The notes under the pieces: model-generated
Databases searched by the model: none
What the model was told of the DNA's origin: nothing
What the model saw: the letters and a program-made list of their open reading frames with translations, nothing else
Made by a program: the position numbers and the translations under genes
DNA from: Marsupella aquatica
Lineage: Eukaryota > Plantae > Marchantiophyta
NCBI GenBank assembly: GCA_973895155.1
Contig: OZ316891.1
Span: 4,136,018-4,200,017 of the forward strand
Length of the DNA: 64,000 nucleotides
Direction: 5' to 3'
In this document: piece after piece, positions 27,298 to 39,630 of the stretch
How the letters are laid out: the number at the start of each line of letters is the position of its first letter
Position numbering within the stretch: position 1 is the first letter of the stretch

Positions 27298-27914
27298 GAC
27301 ACAAATTTAGCAAGTGTACAAAATCGTAAGAGTCTGCTTTCAGTGAGTTGTACTCAGGACCTCCCGCTTACTGAACGGGTGCTCGAGCCAATTGAGTTAT
27401 AGAAGCACAAGAGCAATATTGCATAGTCATATAATTAGGGGTCCAATCTATCGGCTACCTTTTATGTAAGTGTACTGATCTTATACAGAAACCACCCACC
27501 AACTCGTGTATCTTGCTTACTTTATGCCATTTGATATTTCAAGCCTTCTTCATTTGCAAACTCACAAATAGTGCTTGTGAGTTGAAAAACCGAGCCACAG
27601 AGAAGCTATTAACAAATGTAATCCTCAATGTGCCATTGATGGGGCTACAGTGATGTGACTGAACGGAGAGACGTAGAAAGTATTTGCGAGTGGGATGGGC
27701 AGTCGGAAATTGTGCCCGCTTATAATAGTTGGCGATAGGATTCGGGAAAATCAATGTCAACGATACAGGGAGTTGGAGTTCTGTAAACCAAGATCTTAGA
27801 CTTCCTGTTCCAAATACATTGCATTGCATTGCATTACTTCCTGTAATACTGGCACCGTAAGCATTGAACTTAGCCTGTCTTTGGGTTCCATAGCTACTGC
27901 CTATAGCGTTCAAA

Positions 27915-30900
27915 TTACTGCGTTATCCTCTGGCTGTACTTCACATTGAATACTCGAATTGAATAATCTGCCCCACAGGATGCTAGCTGAAAAGGTTCAT
28001 TCCCTAAAAGTGCCGATCCATTTACGTGTGATGAATCAGACTTTCGGCAATGTACAGCATTTTCATCGTCAACTGGCATATCCCTCCAAGCTAATCTTTG
28101 AACAGCCGCCACATGGCAATTGAATCTATCAAACTTTTGCAAGCAGGACATGTCAAACTTCCAAGAGTTTTCGTCAGTAAAGGGTGATGATTCAGTTGGA
28201 CCAGTCCCCTTAGCTTCCGCCACATGAGAGATGTCTTTCACACTTCCGTGAAGACTTCCTTCCCATAATTCCAAAGTACCATCTTCCATACCCACAGCCA
28301 GCAGGAGTCCTGGACCCCATGCCAAGGCAGTGACACTACTCTTGAAGACAGGAAGAGATAACACATTCTGAACTTTGACTCCAATTTCAGTATCTCTGAC
28401 AGCCCAAATTTTAACAATCTTGTCCCTTGACCCTGTTGCAAAAAAGCGGTCACAGCAGCTCCAGGAGCAAGTCCAGATAATGCGCTTGTGAGCATCAATC
28501 TTCGTCACTAACTGATACGGAGGTGAGGACCCTGAGTCGTTCTCTGCAAGAACGACAACGCATTTCCACCATTTACAAGATTACATTACAAATCATGCCC
28601 ATCAATGTCCGGATTATTGGACACTAGATAAGGAGGTAAAGAGTCATACTGACTCTACAATTAACAGTCTTTACCATTTCAAGTTTACACCATAGATCAA
28701 ACGAATATTGGGTGACAGCGTTAAGAGAGCATTGTAGTGAACTAAAGATCGCTTTCAATTCCTTCAGCACTAGTACATTTTCCTAATCAAAGGATGGAAT
28801 GTACAGTGCCATATTTATAGCTAACTACAAGATCTTGCTACCAATTATCCACGTTTTGAATTTTCTGTCGCAATCAAGAGGAAATGGGAGGGCCTTAAGT
28901 TAAGTCCTTATGGATAAACATCCTCTAGGAAGCTTACAAGCACTGCTTCAGTTGTAGGTCCCACGTACCTGCTTGCACGCGTTCAAAGACGGATAGATGA
29001 CGATCTCTTGAAACGGACAACAGAAATCTATCATTGTGAGAGAACTCCAACTGGGTCACGGTAAGCGCATGTGCCTTCAGTTGCCCAGCTGGCCTCCAAA
29101 AGTCGACTTGCCACAACCATATTTGAGAAAAGGTTTCTGATTGTGCCTGTACTCCATTCAACAAGTTGAGAACAACAAAACGAGGCTGTCCCTTGGGAGT
29201 TCGAGCGGTTCTTTAATCAACCCAAGATGTTGTCCGTATATCATCACAAAGTAAGTCAACCAACAGTTTCCTATCCAAAATTGAGAAGCCTAAGAAACAG
29301 ACCTCTATGATGAGTTGACATTCAGGAAATACACCACAGATGCAGGAACGAGTGAAATGTCAACTAAACGAGATGCTATGTGGCTGCATTCGTACCTTAC
29401 ACGCAGTTGCAACAAACTTTCCAGCATGATCACAGCACATAGCAAACAGCTCATTGCCATGACCATAGAGCTTGTGTGACTCTGGCCACAGAGTATTTTG
29501 TGCAAGGTGCTCTTCAAATGGAGGCTCTGTCAGGACAGTAGGCACTGCCTCGGGGAATGCACCCATAGTATCCAACCCAGCCTCATCGAGGTCTTTTGTT
29601 ATTACAGACTCCGCCCCAGATAAACCCCTCCCTGCACGTATTGACAGTTCAGAATACTCCCTAACTCTGACGAGAGAAAAAGAACAGGAATATAGCACAT
29701 CAATGTGAAGTGTCAATACTGTAGTTAACGTCACCATCCAGTATAAATCATCCCACCTGATGCATATATTGGCTTCTGCGACAGGCCAAGAGCGGACATA
29801 TTGGCTCCAAGAATATGAACGTCATCTCGGTTGAGTCCATCGCTCTTTCCGCCAGTAGTGAAAGTCAGGGTATCTAGCAAAGCTCCAGGAGCCTCAAACA
29901 CCCTTGCAACCTTCTCTTCGGCTCCGCTAACGTAACGATGATTGCCTGGGCCTCTGACCATTGCCAAACAGTTCAAGTCATGGCCATGCACTTGAGGCCG
30001 CCCAATTTCGTGCCAGGATGTCCTGTCGGAGCTCTGGTCTTCATGGTTCCAATTCCAGCATGCAAATAGTCTGGCTGTCTACAAAGGAAAAGTCGTTTTG
30101 TCAGTGCCATGAGGAAATGAATAATTCATATCAACCAGGGCATCACAAGAAATCCAAGCTTGTCAGAGGGCCATATTCGCTGACACATACTAAAACTAAA
30201 GAAGGGCGTTCCTTTCAGCACCTGATCGTGGCTCACAGAGATTAAAAACTGGCCAGTTTTTGCCCATGCGAAGTCCACAACTGATGCTGCATGGCCCGAT
30301 GGAGTGAGTTGGGGCTGCCAATCTCCAGTTTGCAGATTCAGATTCTTCCAGAGATGGAGAGACCCGCCATATCCATTTGCGAGAATAGCATTACCTTGGG
30401 GACTCCACACCCCACCAAAGAATCCAAGTGCTGATGGTGCAAGTTCTCCAACAGTGACTTCATTTATCCATATTCCTGATGCAGCATCTGGCTTCCATAT
30501 CATCATCGATCTATCCATTGAAGCTGAAAGAACGCACATCGGCTCCTCAGCCCCTGGCTTTCTTTCATGGGCATTGCTGGCCTCCATCACTACATCAGAA
30601 ACACGAGGCTTCCATCTCACTGAATACACCCAATCCTCATGGCCCAATAGAAGAGACTCCATCGATACTTGCCAAATATCCTCTCCAGCTTTGAAAATTG
30701 GTCCATCTATGAATGTCCTTAGGCTCATTTCCAGCGTTTCTTCCCCCTCACTCTGGGCAGCTCGACGAGAGATCTTCCATATCCGAATCGATTTATCTTG
30801 GGAGGAACTGGCAAGAAAAACAGTGCCATTTGCATTACTGTGTGAGGCCGAAGAAAAGTCGACGGCACGGATCCAATCTTGATGACCCTTCACCTGGCAC

Positions 30901-33397
30901 GCAAGAGAGAACTGCATCCGAATGGCACCATTAAGGATGACAAAATGACAGAAAACTCTTTAATGTCCTAATCTTTAGACAAGAGACAAGCTAGGAATGA
31001 TCGATTATAAACAGTATACATAGAAAATCAAAGAGCTAGGTATGGACTAGACCACAGGCTCCGTCTGAAGATACTCGGAGAAGTATGGTTGGGTTGATGC
31101 ATCTCCCCTTGCATTCATGAAAAATCAATAATTTTGGGACTCGATTTCATTTCAATGATGCCTAACATGTACTTCGGGGTGGCTAGGAGGACATGTTCAC
31201 GAAACCAGTCCTAGGGACACTGTTAGATCCCTAGGGAAGAAAACAACCAAACACAACCAACTGAGAACAATGCTATGAGATAATCTGTAGTTTGCACAAT
31301 CTGTTTGAGTTTGGGAATTCATACCTCTCCCGTCAATAACCCCACATAGAAGTGAACATGGTTGTCAAGGCCACCCAAAGCTAGTAAGAATGTCTGCTGG
31401 CTGCCAGGAAGCGCAGTCAGTGACGTAGCAACCATGGGTCTTGAGCCCACAGGTATTGATTGTAGGAGGGAAATACTGCAGTCACCTGACTCGCAAACAA
31501 ACAATATTGTTTCAACTTAACGACTAGGCCCTTCGCGAATCAGAAACTAGGACACAAATCTCCGTACTCCAAATTGCCCAAATCATCTTAACAGTGAAAC
31601 CTTTATGTCAATCAGTCAACCTAATCCATTCACGACCTAATTACCCTTAGATCAGCTCCAATTGCACAGAACGGAAAGTGCAAAAGCTAAGTTGCAACTG
31701 GCTACTAGCCTAATCGTGTTAGAGGTAAGAGAGTACGTCAAAAAAGGTTGGAAATTCCTACCCTATCACCAAAGTAATGGGGAAAAAACACGTAAGCCTC
31801 ACCATTACCTTTTGTAGGCAAAGAGACATTCCAAATTCGAACACATGAATCTGAAGAAGTTGAAGATAACAGAGCCAGTGATGGTGAAACCATGTAGGCA
31901 GCTATGCACGTAACGGTTCTCTCATGTGCTTTTGGAAGTTGAGCTGCCATCCTCCACTGAAACAAAGCAGTAAGACAGGTGCTGAGCAACGACATGCGAA
32001 TTATTGGTCAAGATTCCCAACTAGAGAAATCAACCAAATCAACAATCTAGCACCTAAACCAACTGGCTTTGCTCAGTTGGCCAGAGGATGAGCCTAGAAC
32101 CGAGAGGTCCCAGGTTCAATCCTCCCTCCACACATAAGGGGTGTGGAGGGTATGTGTGTGTGTGTGTGTGTGGGTGGGGTGTAGTGGTGGGAGTATTGAT
32201 TATCTCCTCAGCCCTGGTTGCCCACTTTGGGTTCTGGTTTAATCCTCTCTTCCTCCTGGTCTGGGTCCCTGTCGATTCCCTGGGTATTGTCCCCTTGTGG
32301 CTGCCCTACATAGAAATGCATGCTCCCAAAGCAGGACGTCTATCCTCAGTTGGATGGGCCTGCTTTCGGTTTTCAAGGCAAAAAAAAACAATCTAGCACC
32401 TACTACATTGTACAGAGTATGTGACATGTAGAGGAGCCGGAAAACTTATTGAGAGTGTCTTGACTGCAAGCTTACATTGGCGGCTACTTTAACTGGATTG
32501 GGATTCGCTAGTCAATTCACTTCTTCCAGGTTATTCCGGGAGGAGCAATTGAACAAGAACACTCTGCAGAACAGTACCTTACTCTCGACCGATGAATATG
32601 CCCACAAAATGATGGCTCCATCTGCACTCCCAGAGAGTAAGAAGTGCTCGCTGGTCGACTCATCTGCATTGCCCAGCATCAGTTCCAGAAAACCGATGCG
32701 CTTGTCAACGAATAGAAGTCGTAAATTTGAAAGAACATATTTTCAACGGTACAAGCTGTAAACTCCATATATCCAAGGCAGCAAAGTAACACTACAAACG
32801 GAGGGAATTAATAGATAGAACAAAAAGAAAAAGTACCTGGATAAACTAGATTACTGACAGGGAGCCACAGGACACAGTTAACAAGGTCCTTATGGCCTGG
32901 AAGGGTCACCAAAATTCTGCTTTCCTGAGGTCCAGTTCCAGTTTTATGACAGCTATTAATTGAACTCCAACTTTGCCGACTATTGTGATATACACAAAAA
33001 TAAATGAAGCTTATGCAGAAGGGTAAGGTAGCTTCAGAATCAGAAAAACCTAAACCCTAAACCCTAAACCCTAAACCTCGAAACGTTCCTTCAAACACGG
33101 AAACGTATCACAGCAGGTGACACTTCAAAGCAGTCGAGCACACAATTGACGTACCTGAGGGGAAAAAATTGCCACAGTGTTGTGAGCTCCAAAAGCGACC
33201 AAATTGCAAGGACCCCATGAGACAGCACCGACAACCCTATTGCATCCAATCGCGATGAACGCCCTTTCTACTTCAACAGACACCTCAGCCAACGCTCCAA
33301 ATACTGCCTGCCTCTCCATGTGATCATGCCCTTGGTCGCCCTCCAAAATCATGCCTTCGCCCTCGTTTCTGAACAGCAAAGCCGTGTCCTGCTGCAT
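27915..33397 (-). CDS. ELP2: Elongator complex protein 2 (WD40), ~10 exons, with a chimeric N-terminus derived from the ALP1-like gene
   Basis: ELP2-type motifs FIAIGCNR, GHQDWIRAVDF, LLLGHEDWVYSVRW, LSASMDRSMMIW, ALGFFGG, HGHDLNC, YVSGAEEKVARVF, ANMSALGLSQKP, TLWPESHKLYGHGNE, AHKRIIW. GT-AG introns (e.g. exon 1 ends 33155; exon 2 32924-32837). Start uncertain: in-frame ATGs at 33397, 33352 and 33319 all lie in the duplicated segment. Confidence 0.93.
32057..32386 (+). mobile_element. tRNA-derived SINE, copy 2, antisense within an ELP2 intron
   Basis: Same body as copy 1 with a longer (GT)n tract; A-box-like TTGCTCAGTTGG, B-box GGTTCAATCC, poly(A); 16-bp TSD AACAATCTAGCACCTA (32041-32056, 32387-32402). 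Confidence 0.9.
33046..33077. repeat. Short interstitial plant telomeric (CCCTAAA)n tract / telo-box cluster in ELP2 intron 1
   Basis: AAACCTAAACCCTAAACCCTAAACCCTAAACC. Confidence 0.8.
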
Positions 33398-33869
33398 TGA
33401 TTCATTGATGACAGAAAGCCCCAGCTTCCGTCATTCTCAGACCTTGTCTCTCGTTCATGGAATCCAAATTGCTCTGCCCCAGAAATCCCTTCCAAAAGGG
33501 AATGGGAATAAGATGCTTCTCTCTCAACCATACCCTCTCTCAAGCCAAGATTACCACCACCACGACTGAACTTTACTGGCGAGCGTTAAGATATGCTCGA
33601 TCATATCTGAGGTCCGGATGATGCTCCTGGTGCTGCTGACGGAGATGATCATTTTGATGAATTGATCTCGCCTCTGTTTCATTGTGCATCACACCAGAAT
33701 TGTCGCTTCCATACTTGCCTTGTAATTGATCTCCACCCCGTTCCCCACTCTCCTCTCTATCCCTGTCCGGAGCCACATCAAACGGCCCGTCCTCCGTGTC
33801 ATCCATTCTCTTCCAAATCTCCTGTCCCTCCTCTGCCTTCCCCCTCACAAATCCGGCACTAATATTCCA
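33286..33869 (-). repeat. Inverted copy of the ALP1-like 5' region (36574-37156) forming the 5' end of ELP2
   Basis: Reverse complement is nearly identical to 36574-37156, with scattered substitutions and two small indels. The ORF track shows the same peptides on both (MVEREASYSHSLLEG, MQQDTALLFRNEGEG). Confidence 0.95.
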
Positions 33870-36800
33870 CACCTCAATTAGTGCGACCAAAAGTGTGACT
33901 TCTTGTGAATTGTAATTTGTGTGACATATAAACTAATGTGAGACAAAAAAATGTAAAGGGCTACCCAATTAGTGTGACTAACACTAATTGCAGTGAAGAG
34001 TGTAGTCAACATATTATGCACAGAAAAAATTACGGACTACTAAATTCATAATACACAAGCTTTTTGATAATAGACCCCCCAGAGAGTCACAGTCTAGAGG
34101 CTTCACTCTAGAAACCTAGAATTGAACTCTAGCTTCTCATCAAGATTTGTAATAGATAACTTTTTTGCCATAAAGATTGGATATATGTCATGACCATAAG
34201 TCACTATAGAGGCAGTGAAACAAAAACAAAAACTAAACTTTACACAACCCATCATTTGCAACTTTATAACTTGGAGTTGCCCTATTAATGACCATTGATG
34301 CTTTTGCCAGAGTTGTTTTTAGTATCATCTCCAAACATTGAACTCTAGCCTATGGTTTAAAGCATTTTCTCCAATTCCACCTAAAGTTGCACCTAAAATT
34401 GATGTCCTTGTTTGTCTCTTGATTGGTTTCACTCATCAGAATTTTCAGAGTGGGTGGGAACACTATCCTTGTTTATTTCTTCACTGGTTTAACTAATCAG
34501 GACTTTCAGAGATCTTGGGAACACTATCATTGTCTGTATCCTTGTTTATCTCTTGATTGGTTTCACTCATCAAGACTTCTAGAAAGGGTGAGAATGAACA
34601 GATATAGCAAGATGATCTTGGGCTTTCCAAGTCGAGCTGCAAATGACAAGGACCCCTCAATCCCCCTTTTATGACATGCTTTGGTCTCCCACCACTTAAA
34701 CGGCCACTAGCCATATAAAAGGGGGAAGTGTCCAAGACTTGTCCTTTTTCACTTTCCTCTCATTCTTCTCCTCCAGTTCCATATTGCTCCACAAATTCAG
34801 GAAATGATACTGTTTATGGTGAAACCTGGTGGACCAGGTTTTTGTCATGGCTAGTGGTGGTTCAAGTGGCAAGGGGCCCTTTCCTAGCATAAGTCCGGCT
34901 AGAGACATTGTGGTATCAGCTAAAGCCCAAACCCTCTTAGCACAATAGATTCCTTTGCAGAATAGAAAACATTTATGCACCTTGCTTATCCCACCCTAGA
35001 TATTCATGTTATGCCCTTGGTGCCATCAAGACATATGGGTGTAGGGCAAGCACATACAATTGCTCAGACAATTTGTGCTATATCTGGGGCTTGAATGGTA
35101 AACAATATCAATTAACAAATACTTGTGTTTGCATCTTGTTGAAAACACCACTGTTCTTTGTTTTGACTAGAAGTGGTGATGTGGGTGCACTTGGTGATTC
35201 TGGAAAAGAAATCCATGGGGTTTGAAACTAAAACTTATTTTGGGACGCATAATCATCAAGTCACGGGTCCCAAGCTCCCATGGACCACCAAAATATGGTC
35301 CACCGGAGCATTGTGTACAACATGGTGGTTCATTATGGCCTCAAACTCAAAATTTTCCTATGCTTCTCATTTGTAAACGATAGTTGTAGTCTTCACAAAT
35401 TATTTTATTTTGTCTCAAAAATTGAACTATGAATGGAGACAATTTTCCTGAGGATTTCATATGAGTGTGTTTGATACTTGTGTGCATTTGAAACCGGTAA
35501 ATAATGTTATCTTTGGGTTTAGGGTTTGTGTGTATTTGAAATAGATTTGAGATTGTTAAATTCAAGCACTACTTAGTGCACTGTAAGGTAAAACACTCAT
35601 TGAGGGTCAGTTTAGAGAATTTTGTGTATAGAGAACGGGATAGAGAACAATAGGGACTTGAAGGTTGGTAAGCTATCAATGATAGACACAAAATAATTAT
35701 GCTAGGAAGATAATTGCAAGGTTCAACATGAGTGATAGCAAGTGAGTAATAAGGGAGTGTCACAAATGCTCACACTACTAAGGGCTAGGTTCCATGGGGC
35801 ACATGTGTGTGAGCATGTTTGAGCCAATAAGTTCACAACTTTTCCGGGGAGTGAGGAGTGTATAAATACGGTAATAGGATTTTCCCTCACATTGGGGTGC
35901 CTTGGATAGTGACACTTGAAGTGCATTTTCATTGGCTCTAAAGTCAAAACTCATACATTTAAAATATTGTGTACACCTTGGCATAGGGTGTATTTGGGCC
36001 CCAGGGGTGTGGGGTGATTGTTACTCCCTGCCCCTGGCCCATGGAACCCTGCCCTAATAATAGATACCTACAGAGCACAAAATTCCATCGGGAGAAAATC
36101 GACACCAATGAATTGGAAACGATGAAGGATGGCCGCTTCAAGAGCAAAGAAACAGAACTGGTAGATTTGGACTCAGCAAAGAGCACGGCATGGAGTCGGA
36201 ATGACAATTGCAATGCAGGGCTCACTTCTTCCAATAGAACTGTGCTTGCCACTCTACAAAGTACCCGAACACACATAGATTTGGACTGATTCTTCTTTGC
36301 GAGAGGAGCTTCTGACTAACACCACCGGCAAAGATGGGTTCACTCCAATTCTCTTAATTGACCGGCAAAGATGAATTCTCTCCAGTTCTCCGATTTGAGC
36401 AAGTCGTCGAAGTCTTGGACTTCATGGGCCCCAATTCGTAGACTCATGGAGTGAGATTTCATCACTTTAAAGATTTTTTTTTCTGGATTAGGTTATTAGA
36501 AAGACCCGCCAGTTGTGTGCAACAGGACTAGTCAATTCCTTAATATCAAATTGATCGTGGATTGATTATGCTCTGGAATATTAGGGCCGGATTTGTGAGG
36601 GGGAAGGCAGAGGAGGGACAGGAGATTTGGAAGAGAATGGATGACACGGAGGACGGGCCGTTTGATGTGGCTCCGGACAGGGATAGAGAGGAGTGTGGGG
36701 GACGGGGTGGAGATCAATTACAAGGCAAGTATGGAAGCGACAATTCTGGTGTTGCACAATGAAACAGAGGCGAGATCAATTCATCAAAATGATCATCTCC

Positions 36801-36909
36801 GTCAGCAGCACCAGGAGCATCATCCGGACCTCAGATATGATCGAGCATATCTTAACGCTCCCCAGTAAAGTTAAGTCGCGGTGGTGGTAATCTTGGCTTG
36901 AGAGAGGGT

Positions 36910-38445
36910 ATGGTTGAGAGAGAAGCATCTTATTCCCATTCCCTTTTGGAAGGGACTTCTGGGGCAGAGCAATTTGGATTCCATGAACGTGAGACAAGGT
37001 CTGAGAATGACGGAAAGCTGGGGCTTTCTGTCATTAATGAATCAATGCAGCAGGACACGGCTTTGCTGTTCAGAAACGAGGGCGAAGGCATGATTTTGGA
37101 GGGTGAGCAAAGACATGATCACATGGGGAGGCAGGCAGTATTTGGAGCGTTGGCTGCCGCTGCGCTGGCCATCAATGTGGCCCTGCAATCCATTTCGGGA
37201 GTAGGGAGCGTTGCCTTGAATCCCACCACTGCCGACTCTTATTTAGAACACAGGAGGTTTAGAAAAAGGAAGCGGAAGAATGATGATGAAACTGTCTTCA
37301 TTCCTGCCGTTCTCAGCACATTTGCAGATGCTGAGGCCATGGCCTCCTTCTATGTCACTGACTCATCTCCCAAGAAAGACCACCCCTTCTTGTTCGATGA
37401 CTATGACTGGTTTCTAAAACCCAGATCCAGGAGGTGGTGGAGAAAACTATTTCGAGTCTCAAAGTCAACTTTCGATTACATCTGCCAGCTTGTGAAGCCG
37501 GACATTGAGTCTGACACCCCTGCCTCTTTCCAAGGGATCGAGGGAAGACTAATCACTGTAGAGAAGCAGGTGGCTATTGCGCTGAGAAGGCTGGCATCTG
37601 GAGACTCTTTATCCATCCTGGGGGATTTCTTCGGAGTGGGAGAGTCCACCGTTTCCAAAGTGATCTGGAAGTTTGTCAATTCCATGGAGAAGAGGGCAAG
37701 ACATCACATGCAATGGCCAGAAGGTGCAGAAATGGAGAGAGTGAAGACTGGATTCGAGGTTGACCATGGTTTGCCGAATTGCTGTGGAGTGATCGACTTA
37801 ACCCACATCCTCATGGAGCTGCCAGGAACCGACGCCTCCATGGCTTGGGTCGACAGGGAGCAGAATTACAGCATGCTCGTGCAAATTGTTGTGGATATGG
37901 ACATGAAGGTAAGAGACTTGTTCACCGGTTGGCCGGGAAGGATAACAGACTCACGTCTATTCCGAAACTCTGGATTCTTTGCAGTCTGTGAAAGTGGGGA
38001 TAGGTTGAGTGGTGCATCTAGAACGGTGCAGGGGATTGAAGTCCGGGAGTATATTATTGGGGACTCTGGTTATCCACTGCTGCCGTGGCTCATCAACCCA
38101 TACACTGCAACGGCGTCATCTCCCAGTAGGGACACATTCAACACCAAGCATGCTTCAACGAAAACCGTGGTGGAGGATGCTTTGGGGCGGTTGAAAGGAG
38201 CCTGGAAGATTTTGCACAAGGTGTCGTGGCGTCCAGATATCAGGAAGCTGCCCAAAATTGTTCTCGTGTGCTGCTTGCTGCATAACATCCTCATTGAGGC
38301 CGGAGAGGAGATGGAGGAGGGAGTGGCCCTGGTTGGCCACCATGACGAAGGCTACAGGCAACAGTGGTGTCTCTCTGCGCAACCAGAAGGGCACCTCATC
38401 AGAGAAGTATTAGCAGGGCATATTTTTGCCAGCGATCAACGTTGA
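36910..38445 (+). CDS. Harbinger/PIF transposase-derived nuclease, ALP1-like (HARBI1 / DDE_Tnp_4 family), intronless
   Basis: Motifs FRVSKSTFDYIC, VEKQVAIALRRLASG, CCGVIDLTHI, TGWPG, IGDSGYPLLPWL, LGRLKGAWKIL, WRPD.RKLP.IVLVCCLLHN, GHHD.GY match the ALP1 clade as I recall it. First ATG at 36910 (track ORF opens at TTG 36898). No TIRs seen. Confidence 0.9.
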   Translation: MVEREASYSHSLLEGTSGAEQFGFHERETRSENDGKLGLSVINESMQQDTALLFRNEGEGMILEGEQRHDHMGRQAVFGALAAAALAINVALQSISGVGSVALNPTTADSYLEHRRFRKRKRKNDDETVFIPAVLSTFADAEAMASFYVTDSSPKKDHPFLFDDYDWFLKPRSRRWWRKLFRVSKSTFDYICQLVKPDIESDTPASFQGIEGRLITVEKQVAIALRRLASGDSLSILGDFFGVGESTVSKVIWKFVNSMEKRARHHMQWPEGAEMERVKTGFEVDHGLPNCCGVIDLTHILMELPGTDASMAWVDREQNYSMLVQIVVDMDMKVRDLFTGWPGRITDSRLFRNSGFFAVCESGDRLSGASRTVQGIEVREYIIGDSGYPLLPWLINPYTATASSPSRDTFNTKHASTKTVVEDALGRLKGAWKILHKVSWRPDIRKLPKIVLVCCLLHNILIEAGEEMEEGVALVGHHDEGYRQQWCLSAQPEGHLIREVLAGHIFASDQR

Positions 38446-39630
38446 TGTTCCTGTGTTGTGAAGGAGCTGCTGTTGCTCGAAAACTCTTTTAATGGGCTGA
38501 CCACCAGCAATTTGGTCAAGGTATTGTAAGTTATATGGACTATGCTCTTGCCCTTCTGTGCTCAGATTTGGACATAACTGCAGAGAAACGCGAATCATTG
38601 TCAAATTGCAGGCCTGGGTTGTTACGTCTGCAACAAGTATATCATGCAAACACTACAGTTGTGTCCTACTTGTTAGAGGAGAACGTCCATCACTAAACAC
38701 AGCAGTTAAGCCAATGTACAGATTTATCTCCGACTGCTGGGTACTGCCTCCTTAATGAACTCGGGGTAAAAGGAGAGCTTTACGTATGTACATCGAATGT
38801 TTAATCTTACCAGCAGACCCATTTGTCTGTTCAGAACGATGTGTCACTGGATGAGATTTGGTCTCAATGTTTACGAATCCTGTTTTGGAAAGTGTGTAAT
38901 AAGAACAATCATTTTGAGTGATTCTATTCCTTTGGGCAGTGCTGCTGCTGTGCCTTTATGCTGTGAGATTGGCCACCCCATACATCTGGACTTTTGCCTC
39001 TGTTCGCCTTCTCGTTTTAGTACGGGAGAGCATTTTCGAAGTGAGCCTATACTGCAACGTTTGAAATTTAAGGTTCAGTGTTTCCGGCAAGCAGAATGTT
39101 GTAGTAAGACTTTTTTGTCTGATCAGTGATAAATTGAATCCGGGCGAAGTTACTTTCAATCTGGCAGCGGTATCGAAGATAATTCCCAGCCTCCGAGGGT
39201 CATGCAGATGCATTCTATTTACCACTGATCAACACGAGATTCATGTAACAAGAATAGCATACTTCAAAAGAATTGAAAAAGGTCAACAGGAGAACTCACC
39301 ATATAAAACCATTTCAATGGGAAGGCCAAAGCTATCCCCTTCCAGACTGAACAAGTAAGGTCTGATTTCGAGCTTTACAAAGGTTAGAAAAAGACAGATC
39401 CAAACCCGGGATGATTATGTAACCATTCCAATAGGTCTCTGATGCTGAGTAGAATAACTCAGAGCCCTACTATGTATGATCGATTTTTTAAGAAAAAATG
39501 CCAGCAGATCTTTACATGTACAACTACTGCGATAACACTGCAGCCCTTCAGCTAGTGCGTAGAGGTTTAGGACCACCTGAACCAAAAGAATGAAACTTGG
39601 ATATGTACGTCTTGTCTTGGCTTTCCTCTA

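Noticed and set aside
36574-38445. Active autonomous Harbinger transposon using the 584-bp inverted repeat as TIRs
   Set aside because: The repeat overlaps the gene's own 5' end instead of flanking it; no short TIR/3-bp TSD pair or Myb-like second ORF was found.
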